Below, piece after piece: positions 18,248 to 27,501 of a DNA stretch of 64,000 nt (position 1 is the first letter of the stretch; each line of letters opens with the position of its first letter). The stretch comes from a virus, in IMG/VR virus record IMGVR_UViG_3300018080_000123, positions 32,001 through 96,000 of that record; one strand, given 5' to 3'. The notes under the pieces are model-generated. The model had not been told where the DNA came from. It did no database searches and worked only from the letters and a program-made list of their open reading frames with translations. A program made the position numbers and the translations under genes.

Positions 18248-18604
18248 CTAATCAAGCGTGATCTCATCACGCGTTTTAAGCTGAAAATCCCAACCGCTCA
18301 ACACATACGTGTCCTCTTTCTCAACATCTTCGTTCACCTTGCTCCCGACTCGGTTACCACAAAACAGCGAGGTGAAATCCGATCCAACAATCACACCAGG
18401 CATCTCAACAAAAAAATCAGCCCCTGGTTTTTCCTGATAAACTGGATACCAGCCGGGCTGTACTTCAATGTTCGTGTACCACGCCGCTACCTCATAGTAG
18501 CGTGTAAAGACTGTTTCCTCATTCACGTGAAACCAGCCGATGCGCTTAAACTCAACCTCGACCGAATGACCGTCCCGAATAAGCTTGCGAGTGATTTTTT
18601 CCAT
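18248..18604 (-). CDS. Hypothetical early protein
   Basis: Directly downstream of a sigma70-like promoter with strong RBS. Confidence 0.55.
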   Translation of the reverse strand: MEKITRKLIRDGHSVEVEFKRIGWFHVNEETVFTRYYEVAAWYTNIEVQPGWYPVYQEKPGADFFVEMPGVIVGSDFTSLFCGNRVGSKVNEDVEKEDTYVLSGWDFQLKTRDEITLD

Positions 18605-18628
18605 TTGATGTCCTCCCCTCTTTCTTAT

Positions 18629-18657
18629 ATTATAGCTGATTTCGCAGAAAAAGGCAA
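18629..18657 (-). promoter_or_regulatory. Sigma70-type early promoter TTGCCT-N17-TATAAT
   Basis: Near-consensus boxes, 17 bp spacer; same architecture at 34093 and 58360. Confidence 0.7.
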
Positions 18658-18668
18658 GGACTTTTTTG

Positions 18669-18872
18669 TCAAGAATGAATATTTTTTGTGCGATCCTCTA
18701 ACACTGTGATTTCATTAGCTAATTCATCTCTACGTTCTTTGAGCTTAGCTTTGAATTGATCTGAGCTCTTATCTAGCTTAGCACAGCGTCTCGGTATATG
18801 ATTGGGATCATTGAAGAATTTACGAGCTCGCTCCAAAGCACTAACTCTACGTTTTTCTTGGTTTTTCTTCAT
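18669..18872 (-). CDS. Hypothetical protein
   Basis: ORF with RBS. Confidence 0.4.
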   Translation of the reverse strand: MKKNQEKRRVSALERARKFFNDPNHIPRRCAKLDKSSDQFKAKLKERRDELANEITVLEDRTKNIHS

Positions 18873-19026
18873 TTCTCATCTCCCTCCTCATAGGTAATAA
18901 GAACCTTAACTTTACCTTGAAACTCGCCAGGGATATCGGGATTATCATCCCACATCTCGCTAATATCTCTTTCCATATCATAGATATCTTCAAAACCGTA
19001 ATATATTTTCTCAAAGAGAATCTTCT

Positions 19027-19530
19027 TCATGCTGCTTCTCTCCTCATTATCTTAAACCTGAGAAACCATGCTGACGGCGATTCCAATCGACGCTCTACTA
19101 CATAATGATGTTTGAGGATTTCCGCCATATCGCCCCAGCTTATCTTACTCTCAGCTCTTTTCTCTCCTCCATCTTTATTAACTACAGTATATTCCTTTTT
19201 AGCCGGATCATAATCAACGATCAGAAGATAGTGACTATTATCAAGAGGATCGAGTCTATATGACAAAACAATAATCCCGCCTTCTCTAAGATGATTGTTA
19301 ATATCGAGAATCCCAGGCCAATTTTTACGGGTAGTAGTCATGAGCTTAGACATGCTTCTAATGGCGCTAGTAAAATCATTCCAAGAACAACCGTTAGGAT
19401 AGGTGCATTTACAAAGTCTTTGAAAGCGTTTTAGATCTTTATAGGTATACTTAAATCCGGCCCACTTGAGCGCATTAATCAAAGCAACCGGCCCGCAACT
19501 GTAGGTGTCTTTTTGCTTAATATACCTCAT
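19027..19530 (-). CDS. Peptidase C39-like cysteine protease
   Basis: QKDTYSCGPVAL (Q...C), HYLLI, VVN. Confidence 0.75.
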   Translation of the reverse strand: MRYIKQKDTYSCGPVALINALKWAGFKYTYKDLKRFQRLCKCTYPNGCSWNDFTSAIRSMSKLMTTTRKNWPGILDINNHLREGGIIVLSYRLDPLDNSHYLLIVDYDPAKKEYTVVNKDGGEKRAESKISWGDMAEILKHHYVVERRLESPSAWFLRFKIMRREAA

Positions 19531-19743
19531 TATCTTTCCTCAGTTTTTCTAGTATTTTTTGTTTGGCCTTTTCATCAAATTTGGGCTTTGTACATTGATC
19601 TCTCATGAAGAGGCGATAGCACTCCGGACTGCAAAGGTGTAATATTCCCACCTGAGTTTTAAGATGCACAAATCCTTTAGGCAATGGCTTAAAAGATGTC
19701 ACCATTTTTTTACACCAATCGCATTCATACCCCTCGCCTTTAA

Positions 19744-19996
19744 TCATTTCTTTTCCCAATCTTCCCAGTTTTGGCCTAACATCTTCATTGCCTTCTTGCA
19801 AATATCTTGACCAGCCATTTGAGTATCTCTCCAGTTACCATTCCACATGGCATCGCACATTTCAGCTATCGCACGCCAAGAATAGTTATGCTCCATATAC
19901 ATCCTGCGAATCCAGTTAGCTTGCCGCCTTGTCATGTCTTCGAAGTTATCGTCCCACCTAGGCATTTTATTCAGGAACCTCGACCTTTTCATTCTC
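19744..19996 (-). CDS. Hypothetical phage protein
   Basis: YSWRAIA..C...W and Q.AG..IC motif; start uncertain. Confidence 0.45.
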
Positions 19997-20299
19997 ATTA
20001 CCACCCCTCGGTCCTCCGTTCCTCGTCCTCTCTCTCCTCTGAATGCTCTTGACAGCATTTCATTGAACAATAGTGGTATTGGCGCTTCTTGCCTCGGATT
20101 ACGATAGGCTTCATAATTTGTTCATAATCCAGAACTTTTCTACATTGATCGCAAATATTGCAGTATAGCTTTTCTACCATGTCCCCTACTTTCTTTATAC
20201 AGCAACTGTCTCGTCCACGCCGTCTGTTTTTATATTTTTTACGGCTCAAGGATGGTCCGCTAAATTATTTTATATGCGGAAGACCCTGACAGACGATTG

Positions 20300-20527
20300 C
20301 TATTTTTTAATTTGATTCCAATTGAGACCTTTCTTAATAACACTAACCCCGCCAGTCCTTAGACAAATCCAAGTCGTTCGTCCACATTTGTTACAGTGGT
20401 AGACTGTATTGAATTTGTCACAAACGTAATTCCAATCCGACTCCCCACAGCCGCAAACCGTCCTATAATTATCCTGTTGTTCGGCTCTCCAGCTTTTGAT
20501 ATGCTGTTTAATTGTTGTGTTCTTCAT
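20300..20527 (-). CDS. Small zinc-finger protein
   Basis: CGCG...CNKC. Confidence 0.45.
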   Translation of the reverse strand: MKNTTIKQHIKSWRAEQQDNYRTVCGCGESDWNYVCDKFNTVYHCNKCGRTTWICLRTGGVSVIKKGLNWNQIKK

Positions 20528-20735
20528 CCCATCCGCCTTCTGCTATTTGGTTGTCAATAAATTTGAACAGCTTTTCGTGCCTACCTATCTTGATCATATC
20601 GAGTGGGCTAATTCCTCCGAGAAGCGGGTTTGGCGTTTCGAACCAAAGTATGCCTTTTGCGTAACCGAGCACGCGCTCCACCTTCTTGTGGTATTTATTA
20701 ACGCGCCTTTGTAGCTCGTATGGATCTTCTTTCAT
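20508..20735 (-). CDS. Xre/MbcA/ParS-family antitoxin C-terminal domain (orphan)
   Basis: WFETPNPLLGGISPLDMI matches the W...PN..LGG..PL motif. Confidence 0.7.
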   Translation of the reverse strand: MKEDPYELQRRVNKYHKKVERVLGYAKGILWFETPNPLLGGISPLDMIKIGRHEKLFKFIDNQIAEGGWDEEHNN

Positions 20736-20759
20736 GATATTATCTATAGGTGTAAACGC

Positions 20760-21341
20760 CTATTCCTCCTCATTCTCTTCTAGGTCTTCTCGAGCCTTAA
20801 TATCCTCATCGCTATCCCCTTCTCTCGCATGTTCATTACAACTCACATAGAGCCATCCTTGGCCACGCAGGCTCCCATATTTACCGCATTCTTCGCACGT
20901 GTGATATGATACTCTCTCAGCGAGACTGATAAGACTATGAATTCTACTATTACAAGCCTGAGTATAGAAGCGCAAACCCCCAAATTTCTCTTTTACCTGA
21001 GTAACTTCAAATACTCCCGAATCTGACCACATAATCCAGCGAGCAATAGGCCCAAAGTCCGTTTTCCGATAAAGCCACTTTGGCTGATGTCTAAACATCA
21101 ACCTATTCCACTTCCGAGCAAACCAACTTTTCAAAAGAGCCCGCCTGATTTTAAGCCAGGTGTGCCCACAATTTCTCTTGAGCTCGTCCTCGATAGCCAA
21201 ACTGAGCATCCATAAGAGGTCAAACCAACCATCCCCACAACTGAAACCCCAACACATACAAGTCTGGCGCATGTCTTTGTAGTAGCCTCGATACAGGAGC
21301 GGAAAACGTTTAAGTAATTTTTTCGTATTCTCCTTATTCAT
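20760..21341 (-). CDS. Conserved hypothetical phage protein
   Basis: CGDGW, QVKEKFGGLRFY, CEECG. Confidence 0.65.
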   Translation of the reverse strand: MNKENTKKLLKRFPLLYRGYYKDMRQTCMCWGFSCGDGWFDLLWMLSLAIEDELKRNCGHTWLKIRRALLKSWFARKWNRLMFRHQPKWLYRKTDFGPIARWIMWSDSGVFEVTQVKEKFGGLRFYTQACNSRIHSLISLAERVSYHTCEECGKYGSLRGQGWLYVSCNEHAREGDSDEDIKAREDLEENEEE

Positions 21342-21543
21342 ATTTAACCACCTCTCTACTATTGTTCCTTTTTAATAAATCATTTACATTAAGTTCAATT
21401 CTTATTTCAGGTTTAATCTCTTGACTGGGCTCTAAGTCGATATTTCTTATCGAATGATTGGTATTCTTCTTAGTGCTCAATATTCTGTCTTGTCCATAAA
21501 CCGGGCCAAACACAATCATAAATATTATAATCATCCAAATCAA
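21334..21543 (-). CDS. Small exported protein
   Basis: Signal peptide. Confidence 0.4.
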   Translation of the reverse strand: MIWMIIIFMIVFGPVYGQDRILSTKKNTNHSIRNIDLEPSQEIKPEIRIELNVNDLLKRNNSREVVKYE

Positions 21544-21824
21544 TCTAAATCCTCCAGAAAACGATCTAAATTCTCCTGTTCTTGTTCAGATGTAAGATCT
21601 TTGAATCCGTGCTTTTTCCTAATCTTCTTGGCAGAAATCTTCTTAACCTTTCCTCTCTTAGGCTGCCAAGGCTCGGAGACCCTTGTTCCAGTACTATCAA
21701 CAAAAACCGGACCACATCCTTCACATAAAGCAGCCACTTTCTCTCCATCTTTGCACAGGCCGGTCAGATCCCCAAAATCTTGACCAAAAAGCTTGATTGA
21801 GCACTGTTTACAAAAATCTGCCAT
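21540..21824 (-). CDS. Hypothetical phage protein (MADFCxxC type)
   Basis: MADFCKQC...LCEGCG. Confidence 0.55.
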   Translation of the reverse strand: MADFCKQCSIKLFGQDFGDLTGLCKDGEKVAALCEGCGPVFVDSTGTRVSEPWQPKRGKVKKISAKKIRKKHGFKDLTSEQEQENLDRFLEDLD

Positions 21825-21825
21825 T

Positions 21826-22053
21826 TTACCTTTCAATTGGAACAATATCTTGTCTCTCTGCTATAACAATCTCTTCTAGTGCATCCATTGCCTCATTTGC
21901 CTCATCTATCTTCCCGCGCACTCTCAGCGACTGAATAGTTGTTAAATATCGCTTTCTGAGTCGATCGTGGTGTTGCATAGCCTCTGTTCTAGTGTTGAAC
22001 TCCTTCTCGTCTACTCTTTCCTCGTTTGACTGCCTGACTAAAAAGTATTTCAT
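21826..22053 (-). CDS. Hypothetical protein
   Basis: ORF with RBS. Confidence 0.45.
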   Translation of the reverse strand: MKYFLVRQSNEERVDEKEFNTRTEAMQHHDRLRKRYLTTIQSLRVRGKIDEANEAMDALEEIVIAERQDIVPIER

Positions 22054-22152
22054 TTAACCCTCTTTGGCCATTTGCCTACCATACCTCCAAAAATGTATGG
22101 AGCAAATCGCCCTAAACTAATTTCCCAATATTCACAAAAATCCCAAATTTGC

Positions 22153-22725
22153 TTAAATACCCAACGAATCATAATACTTCTTACCTGTAAAATATTCTAC
22201 AATTATGTGCACATCTCCAAGCTGAAGACCATGCAAGGGATTTGTTTTATGCAAATGATCCATGTACGGCTCCATATCGGAGTAGTCGTCTAAAATTACA
22301 AACTTTGATGGATGCCCATTCTTCTTAATCCATTCATCAATCTCTGCCCCTCTCTCATGACGAGGTTCTGATATCCTAGATGGACACAACGTAGGAGTTA
22401 CCCCTTTGATTCTCTTATAATAGTCTCCTTTGAGCCAATCTTTGAACATAGTTTGAAGCTCTTTTAAGTTCTTCCAATTGCGCCAGGCACTTGAAATAAC
22501 AATCACAACATCTGGACATTTTTTAAGAATTTGAATAAGGTTGCCGAGAGCAATTGGACAGGGACGTTGGTCCCAACTAGGAGGGATCGGATAATAAAGA
22601 TTTCGATACATTACCTCACTCTGATATGAGTTCAGCACCCCATCAATATCAAGAAAAAGAACCTGGCGGTACTTTGGAATACTTGAGGTAAATTTTGTAG
22701 ACTTGTTTGTATTTCTTTTTACCAT
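22153..22725 (-). CDS. HAD-superfamily protein (Swiss Army Knife RNA-repair-like)
   Basis: FLDIDGVL, ISSAWR, RGAEI, FVILDD. Confidence 0.85.
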   Translation of the reverse strand: MVKRNTNKSTKFTSSIPKYRQVLFLDIDGVLNSYQSEVMYRNLYYPIPPSWDQRPCPIALGNLIQILKKCPDVVIVISSAWRNWKNLKELQTMFKDWLKGDYYKRIKGVTPTLCPSRISEPRHERGAEIDEWIKKNGHPSKFVILDDYSDMEPYMDHLHKTNPLHGLQLGDVHIIVEYFTGKKYYDSLGI

Positions 22726-22918
22726 CGTAATCTAAATCCCAATAAAATGGGTCTCCATTTTTACTCATTTCAAACTCTAAACCCCAACATGTATACATAC
22801 ACTCTTTTGGACCAATCATTTGAGCCGCTTTCTCATGCTCCTCAAGGGAGTCATCTAAAATATAGCAACCTCTATAATTATACTTCTTGTATAGTTTTTC
22901 CCAAAACTCCCTACTCAC
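22649..22918 (-). CDS. Hypothetical protein
   Basis: ORF in gene array. Confidence 0.4.
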   Translation of the reverse strand: MSREFWEKLYKKYNYRGCYILDDSLEEHEKAAQMIGPKECMYTCWGLEFEMSKNGDPFYWDLDYDGKKKYKQVYKIYLKYSKVPPGSFS

Positions 22919-23219
22919 TCCTTATCTCCTCTGCCTCTGCAACTAGCTTTTGTCTTCTTTCTTCAAGTTTTTTGACGAGTTCATTGGCCTGTCTAACATA
23001 ATCTTTTGCGTCTTTGATATCAATATCGCATTGCAAAATTTGACGCATTTTTATGGCATGCTCCTTATTAACTGCTCCTGGGGTATCTTTCACCAGACAT
23101 TCCTCGCATACCCAACACCTATAAACTTCCTCGCCCGTCATAAACTTATATGTTCGAAACCCACTTCTTCCTATCGTTATCTCTTCGTTACATGAGCTAC
23201 AAATAAAACCCACTTCCAT
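22911..23219 (-). CDS. Hypothetical zinc-binding protein
   Basis: CSSC...CEEC, GGAGG RBS. Confidence 0.45.
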   Translation of the reverse strand: MEVGFICSSCNEEITIGRSGFRTYKFMTGEEVYRCWVCEECLVKDTPGAVNKEHAIKMRQILQCDIDIKDAKDYVRQANELVKKLEERRQKLVAEAEEIRSE

Positions 23220-23244
23220 TTCTATCCTCCGTACTTATTATACA

Positions 23245-23282
23245 GGGAAAGGGATTAGTCTTTTTACAACTAACCCCTTCCC
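23245..23282 (-). terminator. Stem-loop downstream of the major capsid gene
   Basis: GGGAAGGGGTTAG...CTAATCCCTTTCCC inverted repeat; no U-tract. Confidence 0.45.
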
Positions 23283-23314
23283 GTCTATATGAATCTGTAA
23301 TTAGATTCTAGATC

Positions 23315-24781
23315 TTATGAACGCCCAATGTTCTTCACGATACAATTCTTGCGAGGTGTATACATATGAAGAGCACCGTACATCAGCTGCATCCATCGAT
23401 AGTTCGTACCAAGCAATGCAAGGTCGATCTTCATCATGGTAAGAAGCTGTTTGAACGCAAAGTTGTCCTCGTTTACCTGCATGAGGTAAGCTTTGGACAA
23501 ACCAGGCATACTAGCGTTGAAGTCAATATCCAAATCACGGAAGTCACCGTCACCAGCGTGGAAGTTTGCAGGCTTCACGCGGCCGATAAACTCATGATTG
23601 CTCGACCCAGCCTTGGGTGAGCGGAAGATATTGAAATACTGAACACCACTCGGATTCGAACCCGGGAGAATATCCAGCACGACTTTGTCGCCAGCGGCCA
23701 CGGTAACTGCCTTAGCAGCGCTTGCCAACGTTTCACCGTCGGAATACACTGCTGAACACTTATACTCGTAAGCGCCAACGTCAACAGCCGCAAACTGAGA
23801 ACTACCAGAAGCCGGGCTGTTGTCGCCTGAGTTCGCATCCTGAAGGGTAGGGGCCGATTCAGCTGAAACGGCCGCAGCCAACGGAATACGACGAGGACGC
23901 TGGAACACGCCAGACTTAAGGTTGAAAGTACCAGAACCGGAAACGAACTGCTTCACAACGTAACCAGCTTTTCCTTCCATACCGAGCGTATTGATGCGCT
24001 CCTTGGCATAGAAAGCACGACTGAAGTCACTGTGGGCTTTCGTATCCATATACATATCCGTGCACATACCGAAATTGTTGGCCTGAACGAGGGCTGCCTC
24101 TTCGAGGATTTCCTCATCCAAAACCTCTCCACTCTGGAGATCATTTCGTTTGTCGAGGATGATGGTATCTGCGCCACTCAGCACATTGTAACCATCAAAG
24201 GCCTGAGCTTTAAACTCAGCCTGGCTCTCTTTGTCGCCAATCTGCTTATCAATACCGTCGAATTCGAGGCCATTGATTGAACTGTCGGCTGAAAAGAGGG
24301 CTCGCTCAAGCTGGGCCAGAATCCAAAGAGCACCATTCTTGATCTCTCTCTGAACGATCGGACCATGAGCTTGCCTAACCAGCATAACGTCGTGGTTAAT
24401 CTGTTTCTGAACGCCCATGTACTTGATCTGCACCACGTTTCGGTCATAACCGGAATCCGCAGTTGCTGGAGCCGAGGCCATTGTGAAAAATGGAGGAATC
24501 TGGGCGCCATAACTGTTGTTCGTATTCGCTTGTTCAACCGTGTTGTATGCAGGAGTCTTCGGAATATCATTCCAAAGAAGCAGGTGCTTTTGTTCGTGGG
24601 TCACCACTCGGAGGGTCTTATCCAAAGATTCGACCTGGAGAGCGGGAGCACCTGTAAAATCACCCGGAAGAGTATCCGAATAATTTTGGCTTGCAAAGCT
24701 GAGGGCTTTGCTGATTTCTTCAAGAAGCTGGGGAGCATCAGCTCCAAAACCAGTCAATGAAGAAGGATTGCTATTTTGCAT
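23315..24781 (-). CDS. Major capsid protein (SPO1/phage K-like type)
   Basis: 488 aa, downstream of protease and scaffold. N-terminal ISK|AL...ALQVESLD and C-terminal LMYGAL..YTPRK...VKNI. Codon bias of a highly expressed gene. Confidence 0.85.
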   Translation of the reverse strand: MQNSNPSSLTGFGADAPQLLEEISKALSFASQNYSDTLPGDFTGAPALQVESLDKTLRVVTHEQKHLLLWNDIPKTPAYNTVEQANTNNSYGAQIPPFFTMASAPATADSGYDRNVVQIKYMGVQKQINHDVMLVRQAHGPIVQREIKNGALWILAQLERALFSADSSINGLEFDGIDKQIGDKESQAEFKAQAFDGYNVLSGADTIILDKRNDLQSGEVLDEEILEEAALVQANNFGMCTDMYMDTKAHSDFSRAFYAKERINTLGMEGKAGYVVKQFVSGSGTFNLKSGVFQRPRRIPLAAAVSAESAPTLQDANSGDNSPASGSSQFAAVDVGAYEYKCSAVYSDGETLASAAKAVTVAAGDKVVLDILPGSNPSGVQYFNIFRSPKAGSSNHEFIGRVKPANFHAGDGDFRDLDIDFNASMPGLSKAYLMQVNEDNFAFKQLLTMMKIDLALLGTNYRWMQLMYGALHMYTPRKNCIVKNIGRS

Positions 24782-24796
24782 TGATTAATACTCCCT

Positions 24797-25426
24797 TTAC
24801 TTTAACTCTTTAATTGCCTGTTCAACAACTTCTCGATCCTTGGCATCAAGAATCTGAGACGTTGCCTCATAACCACTCAGTGAGGCGCCGGAAATCTTTC
24901 CAGCTTTCCAAAGCTCTTCCATTGTATCAAGAACCTGGGACTTAGAAATTTTCTTTGGTCCCTCATTCTCAGAAGCCGTATGAAATGACTTTTTAACTTC
25001 GTTCACCTTGTCAACCGACTGACGACCGGTCTTAGGAGCGCGAAGGGCTTTAGTCAACTCATTAACAGCTTCTCGGAGATCTTTGATTTCCTCTTGGACG
25101 ACGCTCTGAATCGACTTCTTGAATTCCTCTTCTTTCTTAGCCGACTCTTCTTTTGCCTTCTGCTCTTTTGCAGCTTTCAGCAACTGAAGATCTTCAGCTG
25201 TAATCTCGATGGATTCAGGAGTCTCTTCATCTTCTGAGCCTTCTTCTGACTTCTCAACCTGCTCATCGCCAGTCTCGTCATCAGTAGAATCGGCTTCAGC
25301 CACCTCTTCGTCCTTGAGGTACTCATCGATAAGATCATCGATGGACTTCTCAAGCTCTTCGTCAGTAACAGTTTCGCTGTCCTGCTCTTCAAGCTTGGTC
25401 TTCTCAAGATCAGACATTTTCACCAT
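24797..25426 (-). CDS. Capsid scaffolding protein
   Basis: Acidic coiled-coil directly upstream of MCP, many hydrophobic-x-K-S/A sites. Confidence 0.65.
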   Translation of the reverse strand: MVKMSDLEKTKLEEQDSETVTDEELEKSIDDLIDEYLKDEEVAEADSTDDETGDEQVEKSEEGSEDEETPESIEITAEDLQLLKAAKEQKAKEESAKKEEEFKKSIQSVVQEEIKDLREAVNELTKALRAPKTGRQSVDKVNEVKKSFHTASENEGPKKISKSQVLDTMEELWKAGKISGASLSGYEATSQILDAKDREVVEQAIKELK

Positions 25427-25433
25427 TCTCCTT

Positions 25434-26267
25434 TTATTGTTTGTTATCGGACTCAGATGTTGTATCTGAATCCCCCTGTAGAAGTTTCTTTTGCCACTTT
25501 TCCGTTGTAATCTCGATTATCGTTTGATAATCGGTTTCTGGAAACCTTTCTTTAACCTCCTTTAATATTGCTTTAAAGATTTGCTTACGTTTCTGTCTAG
25601 ATATGTCATCATTTGCACTAAGTAAATCACAGCCTTTAATTTTGTTTTTGCCTTTACCGGGCCCCATCCCACGCCCACTAGAGCCCTGAACTGAACCTTT
25701 TCCATCTCTCTGGAATACTAACTTCTTCTTCCCTTCTTTAGTTGTCTCTACCTCGAACTGTCTATTCTTATCTTTCGGATCTTTGACAACAATAGCACCC
25801 TTCTTAATCCCTTCCTTTTTAGCCTTATCTTCCATTGTCTTGAGACGAGTATAATAATCCGAAATTTCTGCTAAGTGATCTTTTGCAATTTCTTTAGCCT
25901 TGGTTTTATCCTTTGTATGCTCCATCTCAACTTTAATACCCATAGCTAACTGCTTTGGGTCAAAATCACTATCGGGCCTTCCAGCTGCCTTTCCTCCAGG
26001 GATTTTCTCAGCCTTGGCTAGATTTGATAAAAGCTTTTCGTCTTCTTTAATTACCTGCTCAACGTCCGACTTCTCTACATTTTCGCCCTTATGTTTCTGT
26101 TTGCGCTTTTTCTTCTTCTTTCTAGCAAGGCTCTCTGTTGTTGTTACCACAGCCCCACTCATGTCTCCTGGCAACGTATTGGCATAACTAGGACCGCCCG
26201 CACCAATAGTGAGCGCTTTTTTAAATACTCTAAGGAGCTGTTCTAGTTTTGTCTTTTCAATTTTCAT
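25434..26267 (-). CDS. Putative head-associated protein with MCP-like N-terminal motif and DUF5661-like domain
   Basis: KALTIG...TLPGDMSGA...ESL; GIKVEMEH...EIAKDHLAE..DYYTRL. Confidence 0.6.
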   Translation of the reverse strand: MKIEKTKLEQLLRVFKKALTIGAGGPSYANTLPGDMSGAVVTTTESLARKKKKKRKQKHKGENVEKSDVEQVIKEDEKLLSNLAKAEKIPGGKAAGRPDSDFDPKQLAMGIKVEMEHTKDKTKAKEIAKDHLAEISDYYTRLKTMEDKAKKEGIKKGAIVVKDPKDKNRQFEVETTKEGKKKLVFQRDGKGSVQGSSGRGMGPGKGKNKIKGCDLLSANDDISRQKRKQIFKAILKEVKERFPETDYQTIIEITTEKWQKKLLQGDSDTTSESDNKQ

Positions 26268-27484
26268 TAGTATTTAGATTTCATTTGCTCTTTTTCTGTT
26301 TTTTTTCCAATCTTAGCTACAAAAGCCTGATTGCGTTTCTCTTTTCGCTCTTTCATACGTTCCCCGAACTTCTTATCGGCCTCTTCTCCTTCTTTCCTTT
26401 TCGCTGTGACCTTACCTACGGCTGCTTGATTGCGTTTTTCTTTACGGGCTTTCATACGTTCGGCGAACTTCTTATCCCAATCTTCGCTCTCTTTTCGCTT
26501 TGAAGTAATCTTACCTAAAGCAGCCTGATTGCGAGACTCTTTTCCCGACTCATAAATTGGCTTACCGCTCTTTGTGCGACCAACAATTCTGCCACCTTTT
26601 GAGCCCTCTCCGCCAGCCTTCTTCAGTTTTGACTGTTTACGGGCTCTAAGCTCAGTCAACACCGCCCGCTTCGTGGTATCATCGAGCCCTCGAAGCACTT
26701 CATTTACTTTTGCTCCCGGGCTTATGATCTTATCAACAAGTTTACTAACGTCGCCATCTGTCTTCTTCATGCTCTTGCGATTTGTTGTTCCTCCAATCGA
26801 TGCCCGACATACTGCATAAGGATTAACGCCTGGGCTCTCCTTTTTAACCTCTTTTACACAACGCTTTTCTTTTGGCGTACAACCCTTATTGAGATACTTT
26901 CTTGCCACATTAAGGATCTTCTCAAGCTTATCTTTATCAATCTCAACATATTCATCTTCGCCATCGTCAGTTGATTTACGCATACATTTCTTTGCGTCTT
27001 TTTGACCTTCTTTCAAGAGTTTTTCTTTTCCATCTTTTCCTTCGCCCATAAAGCTCTTTTTATCTTTTGAAAGCTTTTTGTGCTCTTTCTCAATAGCCGA
27101 AACTCTATCACTTAATGAACGCATTTCCTTATGCTCTTTTTTCTCCTCGCCCTTCGACTCTCCTCCGTCTTTTTTCAATGGCATAAGCTTTGTCTCGCTT
27201 TCTTTTGTCGATGGCTTCTTAGGCTTCTGTTTCTTCGGCTCTAGCTCATCTGATCCGGCTTCTTCGGCAGCTTTCTTATGCCCAACCTGATCAGTAGCTC
27301 GGGAGTCGTGGGGGTGGTGTTCATAGCGAGGCTTTGAATTAATCTCATCAATGTTCTTCGGACGATCTCCTGGAATCATCGCTTTCTTCTCGTCCTCGTG
27401 CCAATAAACATAATTACCGGGTGTACCGGTTCGCTTGGCATATTTCAACTTAGACTGTGATTTATCTTTTTCTTTATCTGTCAT
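26267..27484 (-). CDS. Putative head-internal basic polyprotein
   Basis: Lys-rich, GEGSKGGRIVGRTKSGKPIY module, 33-aa repeats. Confidence 0.55.
   Translation of the reverse strand: MTDKEKDKSQSKLKYAKRTGTPGNYVYWHEDEKKAMIPGDRPKNIDEINSKPRYEHHPHDSRATDQVGHKKAAEEAGSDELEPKKQKPKKPSTKESETKLMPLKKDGGESKGEEKKEHKEMRSLSDRVSAIEKEHKKLSKDKKSFMGEGKDGKEKLLKEGQKDAKKCMRKSTDDGEDEYVEIDKDKLEKILNVARKYLNKGCTPKEKRCVKEVKKESPGVNPYAVCRASIGGTTNRKSMKKTDGDVSKLVDKIISPGAKVNEVLRGLDDTTKRAVLTELRARKQSKLKKAGGEGSKGGRIVGRTKSGKPIYESGKESRNQAALGKITSKRKESEDWDKKFAERMKARKEKRNQAAVGKVTAKRKEGEEADKKFGERMKERKEKRNQAFVAKIGKKTEKEQMKSKY
26300..26533. repeat. About 2.4 copies of a 99-bp in-frame tandem repeat
   Basis: gcYtgattgcg at 26325, 26424 and 26523; protein unit RNQAAxGKxTxKRKExExxDKKFxERMKxRKEK. 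Confidence 0.85.
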
Positions 27485-27501
27485 TGTTTAATCCTCTACG
27501 G

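Noticed and set aside
26300-26533. CRISPR-like array
   Set aside because: The repeat is an in-frame coding tandem duplication without unique spacers
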